A stretch of 64,000 bases of DNA from the human T2T-CHM13v2.0 reference genome, Homo sapiens (GCF_009914755.1 NC_060925.1); one strand, 5' to 3'. Positions 40,101-54,347 are shown, numbered from the stretch's first letter. The notes: a model not told the origin generated them from the sequence alone. Numbers and translations: made by a program.

Positions 40101-43100
40101 AAAACTGTTTCTCCCTTGAAATGCTTCTCAGTCATTAAGGAGTAGGTGGGAAGGTTTCCCTTCTGGAGTTTCTGAAACTGCACCACTAGTGGGGGACTAA
40201 ACACCACCTGTGTGAAGGGAGTTTCCTTCTAGTCTTTCCCTGAGCTTGGGTTGGATTCACACCCTTGTCTGTAGTAATGCATAGAGAAACTTCTCAGATC
40301 CTCAAGGGGAGAAAAGAACAGTTCTCTTTTTCAAGTGGATCAAACCACACTTTTCATAATAGATTGAGCCTTTCTCTGGCAGTTGTTCTGTGAAAAGGGA
40401 AAGCCTAAAGAAGGAGCCACGTGAAGAATTGATGCAACACGCATTAAGTGGCCTGAGGAAAATCTGCTTGGCTTGTGATATCAGAGCAGCACAATGCATG
40501 TCGGGAACCTCACTGGTGGCTTCAAATTGAGAAAAGAGAATAATCTAACTATTTAGTTCCTGATCCTTGAGTTTGGAGAGCATCACTGTAGGAAGAAGTA
40601 TTGAGGTGGTATATGACAATAACTTTATTTTGCACCTCCTGTGTGCCAGGCAGTCTGCTAGGTTTTCCATGTGTACTCTCTCAATCCAGCCAACAACCCT
40701 ATTTGGTATGTTGTTCTGATTTTACAGGTGAGAAAGAAGACTTTCAAATTATTACCATCCCAAGGTCTCATGACTGCTGAGAACAGGAACCATATTCAAC
40801 CTACAGGTCTGCATAGCCTGTTTCTACAGAGATTAGCTGAACATTAAACATCAACTTTATCCTCTCATAACCACCTTGGAGTTTTGAAAACTCTGGTTTT
40901 CAGAGCTCAGTGGTCTCGTCCAGTCTGCTTTGATCCTAGTGCTTCCTCCTGCTCTATAGCTATCCTAGTTTCTATCTCCTCAGCCATAGTCACTTCCTGT
41001 ATGTTTTATTTTCCTCCTCATCCTCTAATGTAATTCTGGATTCAGAGATCTTCCCAATGAGAAGAAACCATGGAGAATTTGCTGAGAAGGAAGGGTTAAG
41101 TGGCTTGTTGGAGATCACAGCCCCAGTGATTTAGGAAGATGGTACCATGATCTGTGCATGCCCCCGTTGAGTGCTCTTTTCACCCTACTGTGCTGGCTCT
41201 GAAGAGCACAGATAATCCGCATTTCACCAAAGACTAGTGGAAGAGCCAGATCAGCACCCATGTCTCCCACCTAACTCTAGAATCTGTGTATTCTCTAATA
41301 AGCTGCATTCATTTTAGTTGTAATCTGCATCTTAATGATAATCCCTTCCCATGCACAGTGCATCACTGTACCAGAGAACTTTAGGCCATTTTTCCCATTT
41401 CACATATAAGCAAACTGGGCTCTGAAAGAGACACCTTCAGTGGTTACCATTATTGGGAACTACTAAAGCACCTGCCATGAGCTTTATAAATATCATTAAT
41501 CCTTAAAGCATATCAAGTAGGCATTACCTCTATTTTACAGGTTCAGGTAGCTTAACTAACATACTAGATTATATAGCTAGCATAGCACATGGAAGAGTCA
41601 GGTTTTAAACTGGGGACTCCATAGCACCATAGACTCTACTTTTTGTATACTATGCACTGCCATGGTCATATGGCTAGTAAGTGGTAGGGTTGTGAGCACA
41701 CTCTAGGATTTTAACATCTAATTCAGTATTCTGTTCTTTATAATGTGCAGGCTCTGAATATTCTGAATGTTGAAAAAGATTGATACACATGTAGACATGT
41801 GCATGCCTACACACAGAGTTTTAAACATTTTAGTATAATTTCTTCCAAATAACCCATTTATTTATAAACTTTGATTATTTTGAAAGTGCATAGTTTATAT
41901 TTTAATGTTTTAACCTAAATCTACATTTGCTGTCATTAGAAGAATGGAGTGTCATGCTGGATTTCTGACCCTGTGGGTGATGTTGGATAATGACCCCAAC
42001 CTCTTAAAAAGAGTTGTTAACATTTAGTGTTTTTTGTTTCAGTTTGCAAATGAGGCTCACGTCAGTTTGGGTTTTATTAGAGAATGGAAGTTCCAGTTTA
42101 ACTCCCTGAGAGTGCTGATTTATTATAGGAAAATGCTGGCAAACATTTTAGACTTACAAAATGACTTCTAATCACAGTTCAGGCTAAATTTGTTCTTCTG
42201 CTGATTTAGAATGTTGGAGAGTGAGAAGAGTGAGGAGGAGGGACAAGTTAGGCTGTCCTTATTGAATTCATGCCACGTTCCAGATAAGAAGCTGCCTTCC
42301 TTGCCCTGGAAGATGCTGTGACCCTGGCTTTGCCTTCTGGCTGAATGCACTACGAAGCAGGAAGAAAGCTTCAACCCCAGCTCTAACAATCCACTGCCAT
42401 TTAACACTGGTTCACTTGGCATTTCCCCTGAGGTTCTTCAAAACGCTAGCCCTTTGAAATGTTTGTCATGTCAGGTCCACGTGAGTCACCTGCTCAGGTG
42501 TCCCCAAGGCCCGTTACACAGTGGGACTGTGGCTCTAAGGGGTCCCAGGCCCTCTCCACTGAGCTCTTCTATGAAAGGAAGATGACTTACCAAACGACCT
42601 TACTGGGACTTTGCACTATTTTTAAATTTTCTTCTAGAAGATGAAAGAAATTAGCTCTTCTCCCTTTTTCTTTCTCTCTGGTAGTGAGTATAATAATTTC
42701 TCCTGATGAACAGAGTGTCCATGGAGAATTTTTTCATGCTGGAAATAAGGCAGATGGCTTGGGTGTTGTCTCAGATCATCAGTAAAGGCCCCAGCTAAGT
42801 TAATGACTAGAAGGGCCTGGAAGAAATTAACATGCTTCTCAGGGTAAGCTGTGGCTTGGGGAAGTTGGTGAGGATGCTGGAGGATGTCTGACAGAGGGAG
42901 AGAAAATAGGGTTCTTTTGACTTCTGGGCTTCAGCACTAGCCCTCGTGATCCTGCCATTTCCAGTGTGATCTGCAGTGTGATCTGCATGCACAGGGTAGC
43001 AGCCTAACTGAGCCTTGTGAGTGGGTGGGCTTGGATGCTCGCTAGCTGGCCTTCCAACTCCAATATTCTGATCTACATAAAATGCTGAGTGAGTGGGAAG

Positions 43101-46100
43101 TGTTGATCATGTTTAATACTGAGTAATTTTCTTAAGAACTTGAGTATGTCATACATTTCTTTTTTCAGCTTTGGAAATGATTCACTTTTATGACACATGA
43201 ATAAGACTTTTATTCACTAAAGAACCTCAAGCATAATAGCAAGTGAAGGAGGATGGAATTATCTTAAAGGGCTGTTCTGCAGTGCCTCCCCGTCAGGAGA
43301 GCCAAGTAGACAGTGAAGAGAAGCTATTTAGGGCAGTACAGTTAGAAACATTCCCAGCAGGGCCTTCACAATGCTCAGGTTACAATTCCCAGTTAAGAGA
43401 AATGTCCTGAGGTTGCACAGGTATAAAGGTGACCTGTGAGGTACTTGGCTGTCTTGGGCTTTAACACCAAAATTTGAAAGCTGAGGCTGACCCTTTATCA
43501 CTGGCTTTCCTCCCAGAGTCTGACCTAGGGCAAATAGATGCCTGACAGTTTTAAGTTCTCCAGTTTCTGTTCAGCTGAGACCTGAGTGTCAGGTCAGCTA
43601 ACAGGCTCCCCGTTGGAGAAACATGACTCTAGGTTTCAGTGCACTGAGAGATGTTAACTTCTGCCTGGTCTTAGGGTACAGCCCCACCTGGGTGCCAGCT
43701 CCAAGGGCAGACTATGCGCTCACCAGGTTCATCTGATAATGCAGTGGGCAGACATAGCTATGTGCTGTTCACTTGCTCTGTGCCCTCATGCCCAGTCTAA
43801 GACTGTCCAAGGCCCGGCCTAGTCTCTGCTTTATCTGGAAGAAGACAAGAGCATTTTCCTGGACTGACAGCCCAGAAGGTACTCATCTCCAACCTGGATC
43901 AGAGCCCTATTTTCACCAGTAACTCTTGAGTCATCTTGTACCTCTGAGCCTCAGCTTCCTCGTCTGTAAAATGTAAGCTTTATTTTATAAATATTGAGTG
44001 TCTGCTACTTACCCAGATGCTGCCTAAGGTATTGTGAATACAGTGGGGGACAGCAGGGACAAATAAGACCCACTCCTCATAGAAACAAACCTCATAAGAT
44101 CTTAAGAGGATTCCACGAGATAATATGTGTAAAATGTTAGCATCTTGTCTGACCCTAGTGGTTGCTTTCTACGTTAGCTTTAATGAGTTTTCCTCCAAAG
44201 ATGATAGAAAATATTTCAAAGTATGTCCTTTCCTGCCTTGGTCTGTGCACATGCATTTCTGCCAAAAAGGCTCTTCCTTAATTCCTATGCCTAGCTAACT
44301 CCTGTTCATCCAGTTCTCAGTATAAATGGTCACTTCTTCAAGGTGGCATTTTTCTGACCAGTCCATCCTTAGATCCCCCTGTTGTTTGTTCCCAGGGCAA
44401 CTGGTACTATACTTTGAGGTATCCATCCTCTTGATAACTATGACTTATTTAGTGTCTGTTTCCCTGACTAGACTGTAAAGCTAGTGTAAACAGCATCCAT
44501 GTTCACCAGAAATCTTGATGCTGAGCTTTGAGATTCTGCATAAACATCTGACCATCTTGCTGATATTTGAAGGGAATGTTCCCTTTCACATGAGAAAATT
44601 ACATTGGACCAGAAAAGAAGAATCTGGCCCACCAGGAGCACATGGGTCCTTTCTTCCCTCTTTTCTCTCTCCTACCATGAAGAGGAGGGACGGCCAAGAA
44701 ATGGCTGAAGAAAGGCCATTCCCAGGGCTGTACCCACATCTCTTAGAAGTAGCAGGTAGTCAGGGAACATAGGATGGAGAGTTGGGTTCCCCATTGTTCA
44801 CAGGAACTTACCCAGTACCCATTCAAGGACCTACTGGGAATGGGGCAGTAAGGGTCTTCTTTGATACCATCTGCCACAGCCACACCCTTGTCCGTTCTCA
44901 CCACAGCCAGGCAGCATGACTTAAAGGAGGTCTTGTTTCTTGTAACTATAGATAGTAGAAGCTTGATAAAATGAAATCTAAGGTCATAAGACTGGAATGG
45001 TGTCAGCCGCAGAAACGTCTCTGTCACCTTGTGTGAAAGATGCCCCCAGCCTCAGTACCTTTTGGAAGAGACCTTGGCAAAAATACAGCTGTTTACATGT
45101 GACTCACCAGAAATGTGAATGTTCTTGCCCTTTTGTGCCCTGTGGGATTTAACAAAGCAGCAATGTGACCTGACCCCAGTGGTTTTCTTTTGGCCAGAAT
45201 CCAAGTCCTCCAGGCAGTGCTGGACTTCCCACATGCATTCCTGCCAGCCCACTATATGGAACTACAGGGCAGTCCTCTCTGCCAAGCCTTTCTAACCTCT
45301 ATGTCTTTGTCCAGGCTGTTCCCTCAACCAGAAGTTCCTTTTTTCCATACATACACATATGAATAAACCTCAATTCATTCTTCAAGACTAAGATGATATC
45401 ACTCTATAACTCCTCTAATCACCCTCTTTCCCCAAATTGGAGTTAGTTATTCTGAACCCTTATACCAATGTAGTGAGGTTATGGATTTCCCGCTCAGTCA
45501 TCTGAAGGCAGAAACCAAATCTCGTTCATATTTGTGTCCCCTTCCACTAATATAGTATCTGCACCTATAATTTGTTACAGTATTCTACACTGTAGGTGCA
45601 TAATGAATAAATAGCTGAAAGCTGGGCATTTGCAAGGTGTGTGCTGGCCAGTGGGTCAGCCAGGATGCCTAAGGGCAAAGGCACATGCCAGAAACCACTA
45701 ATGGAGACTTTTGTGGACAAATTGTTGAAACAGTGAGAAGTTGTTAAATCCTTGTGGGTAAGAAAATGGCATAAGGAAGTAGTACTTTGGATACAGTCTT
45801 TGAGGGCATGGGTACAATGATGTTAAAGGAAGAAAACTGACATTTATTCTATAGATGGGGGAACTGAGGCTTGGGGAAGTTAAGTGATTTGCCAAAAGAC
45901 ACACAGCTAGTAAGCAAAGGAAACTGGTTTAGAATCTAGATCTGGTTTCAAAGTTTGTGTTCTTAAACAGTATGTGAAAACTCAACCACATCTGCATACA
46001 CTACCTTGAACTAGTGTCCTTTAGATCTTCAGGGTATTCCCCTCCCAACTGTGTTAAGTTTGATGGCAGAATATCACTAGCCCTCATGGGGCCTCAGTTT

Positions 46101-47548
46101 CCTCTTCAGTAAATGAGGATAGTTGGGCTAAGTGACTCTAAGGCCACTTTTAGGCTCTGAGATGCTATGATTCTCTGTAGAATACAAATGGACTTTCTAA
46201 CCTGGAAGTCAGCTTGGTCAAAACATGAGCGTACTTGTGTATTGGGCCTGAAAATCCTTCTCAGGTGTTGCAGTCATGATTCCAATACACACAAAAAGCT
46301 GGGAACTATTATCTTAGAGGTCTAATCATTTGTCCCAAATGAGTATTCAAATACACTCAGGCATCTAAGTTTTCTGAACTCATAGAAAGTTCCTGTTTAT
46401 CCGAAGTCTACTTAAGTCACAGCAAAGTTTCCACTCATTCTCCAGGCTTTCCATGTTATTCCAAATCACACTGAAATAAAGTTCAGTATTGCATTACCCA
46501 CACCTATGGCACCCAACCCCCAGGCCCCCACCACCTCACCCCATCACACAAGTCTCAATCAAGCATACATGCACTTCTCTGACACTAGGCTGAATCTTAG
46601 GGTGGAACACATCTGAAAATGTCTGTGTGGTTCAGAATGAACTCTGAAAAAGTTTCCGCCCATACCATTGAATAACATCCTGTTGTTTTGGCTTTTTTTT
46701 TTCTATCAAATCTGTGCAATAATGCCTTTGATTTGGCTTTCATTTACAATGATCTGCCTGATACCATTTCTCTGAAACATTCGGAACCAGATACAATCTT
46801 ATTATAGTCAGCTACATAAAGTGGACCTTTCAGAGCATAAAGAAACATCTGTCCTCCATCTGTTGTGCCTGAAAAATAGGACTTTCAATAGAGCACTTTG
46901 TAGGGCACTAGTGCTTTTAATGGGCAAGAAATCCATTTCTGACTAAAATCTCAATAAATATATCTAAAAGAATATTTTCATCTTACAAACTGTCTTTCAA
47001 AGAGCACTTCAAAGGCCACTCTAGCAAAGTGGCATATTAAGAACATCGTCTCTAGACTCAGCCAAACCTGGTTCAAATACTTGCTTTGTGGATATACTGG
47101 CTGTGTGATCTTGGAAAGTTATTTAACCCTGATAATTTTAAGTTTTCTCGGGGATGTAAAATAGAATGCTAGCATCTACCCTGAGAGATAATATTTTTAA
47201 AGAGACTGGCACATGGTACAGCACCAAATACACATCAGCTGCTGTTCCTGTTTTGTTATTGCTGCTAATACTAGGAGCGGAATGGCCTGATTCCTGATGC
47301 AGCTGAATGAACACGGGATTTGGAATCAGAAAACCTGATTTTGCACTCTACCATTGCCACTGACTAGTCAGATGACCCTGGGGAAATCACTGAATGCTTC
47401 TCAACTTAGCTTCTTCATCTGCAAAACAGGGAAAATAAAAATAGCTATCTCACAGATAACAACTGTGAGGTTCAGATAAGGTGATTTACGTGAATTTCCT
47501 TTGCTAACTTCTAAACTCTGTACATATGAGTTCCTTGGTGATTGTTAG

Positions 47549-47925
47549 TGTTATGGGCTGAATGTTTGTGTCTTCCCCTAGAATTTATACATTGAATCTC
47601 TAACCCACAATGTGATGGTATTAGGAGGTGGGGTTTTGAGGGGTAGTTAGGTTTAGATGAGGTCACGAGGGTGGAGCCCCGTGTTAGAATTAGTACCCTT
47701 ACAAGAAGTGACTAACAGCTCGCTCTTTGTCTGTGTGTGTCATGTGAGGACACAGCAAAAACTCAGCCGCCTACAAGCCAGGAAGAGGGCCCCCACCAAG
47801 AACTGAATCTGCCAACACCTTGATCTTGGACTTCCTAGCCTCTGGAACTGTGAGAAACAAAGTGTCTGTTGCTTAAGCCACCCAGTCTAGGATACTTGTT
47901 ATCACAGCTCAAACTGACTAAGACC
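47549..47925 (+). mobile_element. MaLR solo LTR (MLT1A/MST-type)
   Basis: tgttatgggctgaatgtttgtgtc ... aaactgactaagac; perfect 5-bp TSD gttag at 47544-47548 and 47926-47930. Confidence 0.9.
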
Positions 47926-48260
47926 GTTAGTAACAACACCAGAACTGAAGAATGTATCAAATTTTCTTATTCAGAAATTTTTATTTACAAAAACCTTAGT
48001 GACGTGCTTAAGTAATTGTAGCTGATTTCCACTTAGTCACGGAAGTGAGGACTCTTTGCAGGGACTAAGGTAGCATCAGGTGCAGAACGTCTGCCTTTCC
48101 CAACAAAACTTTGTCATCACTGTGTACTCACCTTAGACCTGGTCTCTGTGAATGTTTAAAATGTGACCTTTCTGTTGGTGATGGGTCAGGAAAAAATAAG
48201 AAATTAAGAAAAATTTTAAAAACGTGTCCTGGTCTATTGCCAATGTATCTGAAGAGGTAG

Positions 48261-50143
48261 TGTTACGGGATCTTTGGGGTGTCACTTTTCTGGCCGGAAA
48301 CCTCTGTGGCTGGTGGTGCCTTTGTCTGAGTTTTGCTCGGCCCGCTAGGCTTGTTCCACCCACTCAGCCTGGCAGGCTGCACTCAGCTCACGATACCGGT
48401 CTGGATCCCATGCCCCTAAGGGAGACTGCGAGTCAGGCGTGGAGTGGCAAGGGATGTGTAAGCGAGCATGGGGTCTGGCCACTGCGCAGTCAGACATGCC
48501 GGCTGCTACCACAGGGCGGGCAGCTCCACGTGCCAGCACAGGCACTGGTTCTCTGTGAGGCTGCAGCTGGACCAGGTGCACCACGAGCAGCTTCCTTGGC
48601 TGGCACCAGGGAATGTAGTGGCACCCAGAAACTTGGAAACATCAGGAACTGCAGAGCCCCAAAGAGGGAGTCAAAGCCCTGGCTCTAGGAGCTCCCAGGT
48701 CTGGGCTTCCCGAAGGGTCACAGCTCTTCTCTCCTTTTCACCCACAACGTGGCGAGCAAGGGGCATGTTTCAGCCCTGTTGGGGTTATAGATCTTTTAGC
48801 TTCGCCATTGGGCAGGCCCTGAGTTCTTGACCTGCGACCAGGAAGAATGAGGTGCACAGACAAGTGGAGGGTGAGCAAGACAAAGAGGAGCTTTTTTGAG
48901 CGATAGAACAGCTCAGAGGAGACCTGCAGTGGGTATCTCAGCCAGTGTTCAGCTCTCATCAGAGAGGGTAGCTCCTCTCTGCTAGGCAGGTCATCCTGAT
49001 GAGTGTCTAGCTGTCAGCAGAGAGGGTAGTTCCTCTCTGCAGCTGGTCATCCCATTGTCTTCTCAGCTCTCAGCAGACGGGAGACACTGAGGTGGGTAGT
49101 TCCTCTCTGTAGCGGGTCATCCCACCATTTCCCCGTCCTCTCTCTATCCTCTCTCTGTCCTCTGCCGGAGTCTGGCTGAATCCAGGGTTTTTATGGGCCT
49201 CAGAGGGGAGGAAGTGTGTGCTGATTGGTCCATGGGTGGCCATGGGCTGGCCCAGAAAAAGCACTACAAGTCCTCCCTCCGGTCCTTGGAACTGGCAGCC
49301 TGGCCCTCAGGCTTCGAGTCCTCCCTGGTTTGAGGGTGGGGCTTCACTAGGCACCAGTCCCCTTCCACCCAGGAGCCAGTCGGCCTCCTGCTACTGTTCA
49401 TGACACCCAGGCTGTTCATGCCAAGGGACACCTGCAGGCCAGCACCAGGCTGTGCTCAGCACCCGCCTCGGCATCCCTCCCCACTGTGCTTGTCAGTGCC
49501 CAAAGTCCAGAGGGGGCTGAGGCGGCAGGGGCCTGGCATGTCAGCACTGCCTCGTGTGTGTGTACACCCAGCCCGGCTGTGACATCGCCCACACTTGGCC
49601 TCAACTCCACCCTGTGATTGGAGCCAACAGCAGGGAGAGGCCAGGCAGTGGAAGCAGACACCTTCAAGCCTACGGGGGCTAACAATGGGGATTCCCAGGT
49701 CCCCTGAGAGTGCAGAGATGCCCGGGTCTGCAGCTGCAACCTGGGCGGCCGTAGAGGCGCCTGGGAGGGTGGGGCTCCTGCCTGCTCCTCGCTCCTGCAG
49801 GCTCCGTGGAACGCTGCACCACTCCTGGCCCAGCTCCACCTCGGGGCTCCTCTCTGCGTGCCCTTCTGTGCCCAACCATGCTGCCCCCACACCAGGGGGC
49901 AATTCAGCCTGGCCTCATCGTGGAGGCTCCCAGGGCAGCAGGCTCCAGGGGGCTCCCAGGGGCAGGCTCCTCCGGGGACTATCCACCTCCTCCCCACACC
50001 TCCCCACAGAGGCGGTAGGCAAGAGAGATGACACGGGGCCAGGGTAACAGAGTGGCAGAGGCTCTGGGCCTGGGAGTGGGTCCCGCCTGGCTGCAGCCAG
50101 TGCAATGGCAGCGGCTGCTCTGGATGGCCCACCACTGCCATCA
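48261..50143 (-). mobile_element. ERV1 solo LTR, MER52 family (~1.9 kb, GC-rich)
   Basis: TG...CA termini; minus-strand start tgatggcagtggtgggccatccagagcagccgctgcc matches recalled MER52; 4-bp flanks gtag/gcag; internal repeats agagagggtagctcctctctgc. Confidence 0.82.
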
Positions 50144-51810
50144 GCAGTAAGATAGAAAAGGGCTGTCAACTTGCCTGCTGGGTGTTGTTTTGATGTGGTA
50201 AATGTGAGTTTTTCAGATTGTATCTCCCTTCCCTTCCAAGTGTATTCAAAACAACTAGCAATTCAGCTACTTTCTGCCCTTCTGCGTACCTGATCTCTTT
50301 TGTCCATTTTGTAGTATGGAAGTCACTGGGCTGGAGTTTTTTATACCAGTCAGACCTGCCTCCTCAACTTCCCAGCTGTGTTATCTTAGACAAGTCAGGC
50401 AACCTTTCTACAGCTCAGTTTTCTCATCTGCAAAATGGGGAAGAATAATAACCATGTTTCAAGGTGATTAAGAAAATTGAAACAACATATATAAAATTCT
50501 TAGTCATATCTGACACCCAATAGGTACCTATCACCTTATCTTCCTTCCCTTGAATCTTCTTCTTACCCACTTCTCACTCCCTATGCCTGATTATTGAGCC
50601 CTCTCTGGGGTCCTTGGTGAGATGATCACTAACAGAATCAATGGCTAATGGAGCCTGTAAGAAAGTGTCCCTGGGGAAACAATATTTGTAAACTAAAATT
50701 CTTGTTCCAGGTCTTATAAACACTTGGGGTTTTGGGATATTTCAGTAAAAACAATAGACTCCTACTAGATGTAGTTGCTAATTTAATATCTTAAGGTGCG
50801 TGTATGTGAGCTTGGATAGTCACAGAAAGTCTCCAGTAGATGCACAAAAAAAAAAAAAAAAAAACCCACCTGGTAACACCGTGTATATTTTCTCTGCATA
50901 TCTTTTTGTATTTTTTTGAATTTCGTACCATGTGCATGTATTCCTATTCAAAATTCAATTACTTTAAAAATGCTAGTGATGTTGGAGTACGTTTTTGCTA
51001 GGCATTGTAGTAGGAGCTCCCTAATGACCTGGAGCCTGTTAATATAGCCACCAAAACTTTTTAGTGTACAGAGAAGAAAAACTGTAGTCCTTCAAGCTGA
51101 AAACCACTGTCTGAGCTAGGAGAGGAGGTTCTTACTTTGTGGCTTCCTTGCCATAGAAGGTTTGTAACCTCTTCCCTCAAGATTTGCTAAGTAAATCTTG
51201 TTATTTGTCATCAGTAACAGTAGTGATCTATACTGAGAGCTTACTATGTGTCAAGCACTGTTCTGTGTAGCTTCTCAATTACCTCAAGTTAATTATCACA
51301 CCAACCTTGTGAGGTGAGTTGTATTTTTATTCTATATTTTATATTTTTAAACATTGAGTCTCAGAGAGTCTCTTAACTGGCAAGTGACAGAGCTGAGATT
51401 AAGAGCTGTTACTGTATAGTTTTGTTATAACAGACATGGGCTGTTATTAAAGCTAAATAAATTCATACATATGAAGTGCTTAGAAAAGCATTGGCTGTGG
51501 TGCCCTCCCTGTTAAGGGCCAGCATTAACATTTCTGGAGTTAGGGAGGGACTTTGTAAATTAGAAACATAATTGAGTCAGTGAAAGTACCAGGAGGTAAT
51601 TGTAATCAACTAAAATGTAAATTAAGGTTCCATGTATTCTGTAATAAGGCCTAGACATTTTTCAAGATAGTTTTCCCCTTGTTTTTATTTTCTATGTGTG
51701 CCATTTCCTAGAAGACATCCTGCCACCAATTCCAAGTTGTCTGTGTCCTACTCTCAGCATTTTTATGCTTTTTCATCACAGAGAGATTTTTAACATAAGA
51801 TAACATTTTT

Positions 51811-52107
51811 GGCCGGGCGCGGTGGCTCACGCCTGTAATCCCAGCACTTTGGGATGCCGAGACAGGTGGATCATGAGGTCAGGAGTTCAAAACCAGCCTG
51901 GCCAAGATGCCGAAACCCTAGCTCTACTAAAAATACAAAAATCAGCCGAGTGTGGTGACAAGCCCCTGTAATCCCAGCTACTCAGGAGGCTGAGGCAGGA
52001 GAATCACTTGAACCCGGGCAGCAGAAATTCCAGTGAGCCAAGATCACACCACTGCAAGCCAGCCTGGGCAACAGAGCAAGAACTCCGTCTCGGAAAAAAA
52101 ATAAAAT
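51811..52107 (+). mobile_element. AluS
   Basis: Full dimer; TSD-like taagataacattttt / taaaatgacattttt. Confidence 0.93.
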
Positions 52108-52444
52108 AAAATGACATTTTTAAATGTAGCCATTAGAATGACTACCCATTCAAGCAAACGTTTGTAGGTACAATATTGTTGGTATTATTGAATCTTTCAT
52201 TGGTGGTTTTTACTGAGTGATGTTTCTACCTGTGGGAGGTAAGAGCAAGTGGAGCACTAAAGAAGTTTTTGATCCTCTGTCTCCAACATGTTCAGGACTA
52301 GTAGCCACATAATGGCTTGCTATATAAAGCAAAAGAACAAGTAGTATCTGAACCTGATGGACAGAAAACACACCATGTGTCAGCAGTCAAATATCAGACT
52401 CAAAAATATAAAGCAAGGAAGAAAAATACCCCCCAATTGCCTGT

Positions 52445-52765
52445 AGGACTGCCCTGTGCAATGTGATCACCGCTAGCCACATGTGGCTATTCAGGTCTTG
52501 GAATGTGGTTTGTTTGAATGAAGATGTTCTATAAGCATAAAATACACACTAGACTTCAAAAATTGGTTAAAAACAAAATAAAATAGATCAATATTTTTAT
52601 TTTGATTACATGTTAAAAGGATATTTTGGCTATATTAGGTTAAATAATATATATTATTAAAATTAATTTCATTGATTTCTTTTTACTTTTTAAAACGTGG
52701 ATGCTAGAAAATTTTAAATTACCTCTATGGCTTGCATCTTATTTCTACCAGGCAGTACTGCTCTA
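52445..52765. mobile_element. MER33/MER3-type hAT-Charlie element
   Basis: gctagccacatgtggctatt ... aaatacacactagacttcaaa ... ctagaaaattttaaattac. Confidence 0.75.
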
Positions 52766-53169
52766 GAAGAAAGTCTAAACTTTACCTTGACCTGACCCTT
52801 AAGTCTTCAGTACCTTAGAAACATGAAGACATAAAGTCACTAAATTCAAGTCTGGAAATAGGGACATTTATTATGTACCTACTAAGAGTACAAAGATTAA
52901 TAATTACCCGTTTTCCAACTCCAGCCTGTAACTACTGTTAAAAAAAAAAAAAAAAAAAAAGGTGGGAAGAGGGGTGAGGGATGTGTACTTTCTATATTAT
53001 TTATTCCAGTGCCAGGACTTTTTTTATCTTAAATTTGTGAACCTTTGAAATTCCGTTATATCGACTGCAAGGAAATAATAGTGTCCATGCTAGAAAAGCA
53101 CAGAAACTGAGTTATTTACTTCTCAATCAGCTCAGCTTCTCACCATAAAGCATCAGGAGAGATTACTCT

Positions 53170-53456
53170 TATTTTTCTCGAAGACAAAAGCAGAGTCTCA
53201 CTCCTGTCACCCAGGCTGTAGTGGCATGATCACAGCTCACTCCAGCCTCAGCTTCCCAGGCTCAGGTGATTCTCCCACCTCAGCCCCTGGGACTACGGGC
53301 ATGTGCCACCACACCTGGCTAATTTTTCGTATATTTAGGAAAGACAGGGTTTTGCCACGTTGCCCAGCTGCTCTCCAACTCCTGAGCTCAAGCATTCCGC
53401 CTGCCTCGGCCTCCCAAAGTGTTGGGATCACAGGCATGAGCCATTGCACCCCGTCT
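53170..53456 (-). mobile_element. Old Alu (AluJ-like)
   Basis: cagagtctcactc..cacccaggctg..ctcctgagctcaagc..caggcatgagcca. Confidence 0.88.
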
Positions 53457-54347
53457 GGACTTCTAATTGGCACCTCAAACTTAACATGTTCAAAGCAGAA
53501 TTCCAGATTTTCCATCCCTTCCACCTGTTCCTCTTAAACTATTTTACATCTCAGAAAATTAGCATTCCTTTCTTCCTAGTAACCAGGCTAAAAGCTTTGG
53601 AGTTATTTCTGACTCCTCTCCCTCTCTTAACCCACATTCAATCTGTCACATATTCTTAAAGCTCTACTTTCAAAAGAATATGTTGACCAGAATTCGGCCA
53701 CTTCTCACCACCTGACATCGATTACCCTGGTGCAAACCATTATGGAGTCTCCCTTTGATGACTTATAACATCCTAACTTTGTCCCATGCAGTCTGCTCTC
53801 ACCACAGCAGCCAGAGTAACCCTGACACAACTTAGATCATGTCACCTCTGCTCCAAACTTTCCAGTATGAGAGTGACAGTGACTGCAGCCAAATTCTCTT
53901 TGGTGTTGCCCAAAGCTCTGCACTCATTGACTCCAGCCATACCGGACTCCTTGCTGTTCCTCCAAAACACCAGGGAGTCTCCCAACCTTAGGGCCTCTCC
54001 CAAAATGTTCTTTCTCCAGTAGCCACAGGCCCACCCTCACACCTCCTTCAGGTCTTTTTTCGACGGCCTCTTCACAGCGAGGACACTTCCCTGCTCCGCC
54101 TTTTAAAAATTTGTCATTGCCTTGTCCAAATACTCCCTTTCTCTGCATTATTATTCTTTATAGCACTTATCACCAGCTGACATATTATGTCTTCTACTCA
54201 TTTTTTATTATTTGTGTCCTCTGAAATAGAATATAATCCCCACAAAGGTGAGGATTTTATTTATTTATTGCTATCTTTCTAGTTCCTAAAATAGTACCTG
54301 GCCCAAAATATATGTTCAATAAATATTTGTTAAATGAATGAATGAAA
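53457..54347 (+). mobile_element. L2 3' fragment
   Basis: cacctcaaacttaacatgttcaaa ... ends ttcaataaatatttgttaaatgaatgaatgaa (typical L2 tail). Confidence 0.8.

Noticed and set aside
48133-50169. Cluster of overlapping ORFs up to 241 aa on both strands
   Set aside because: Almost all of this sequence lies in the GC-rich MER52 LTR, where stop codons are rare; the peptides are low-complexity P/G/A/R-rich with no domain.
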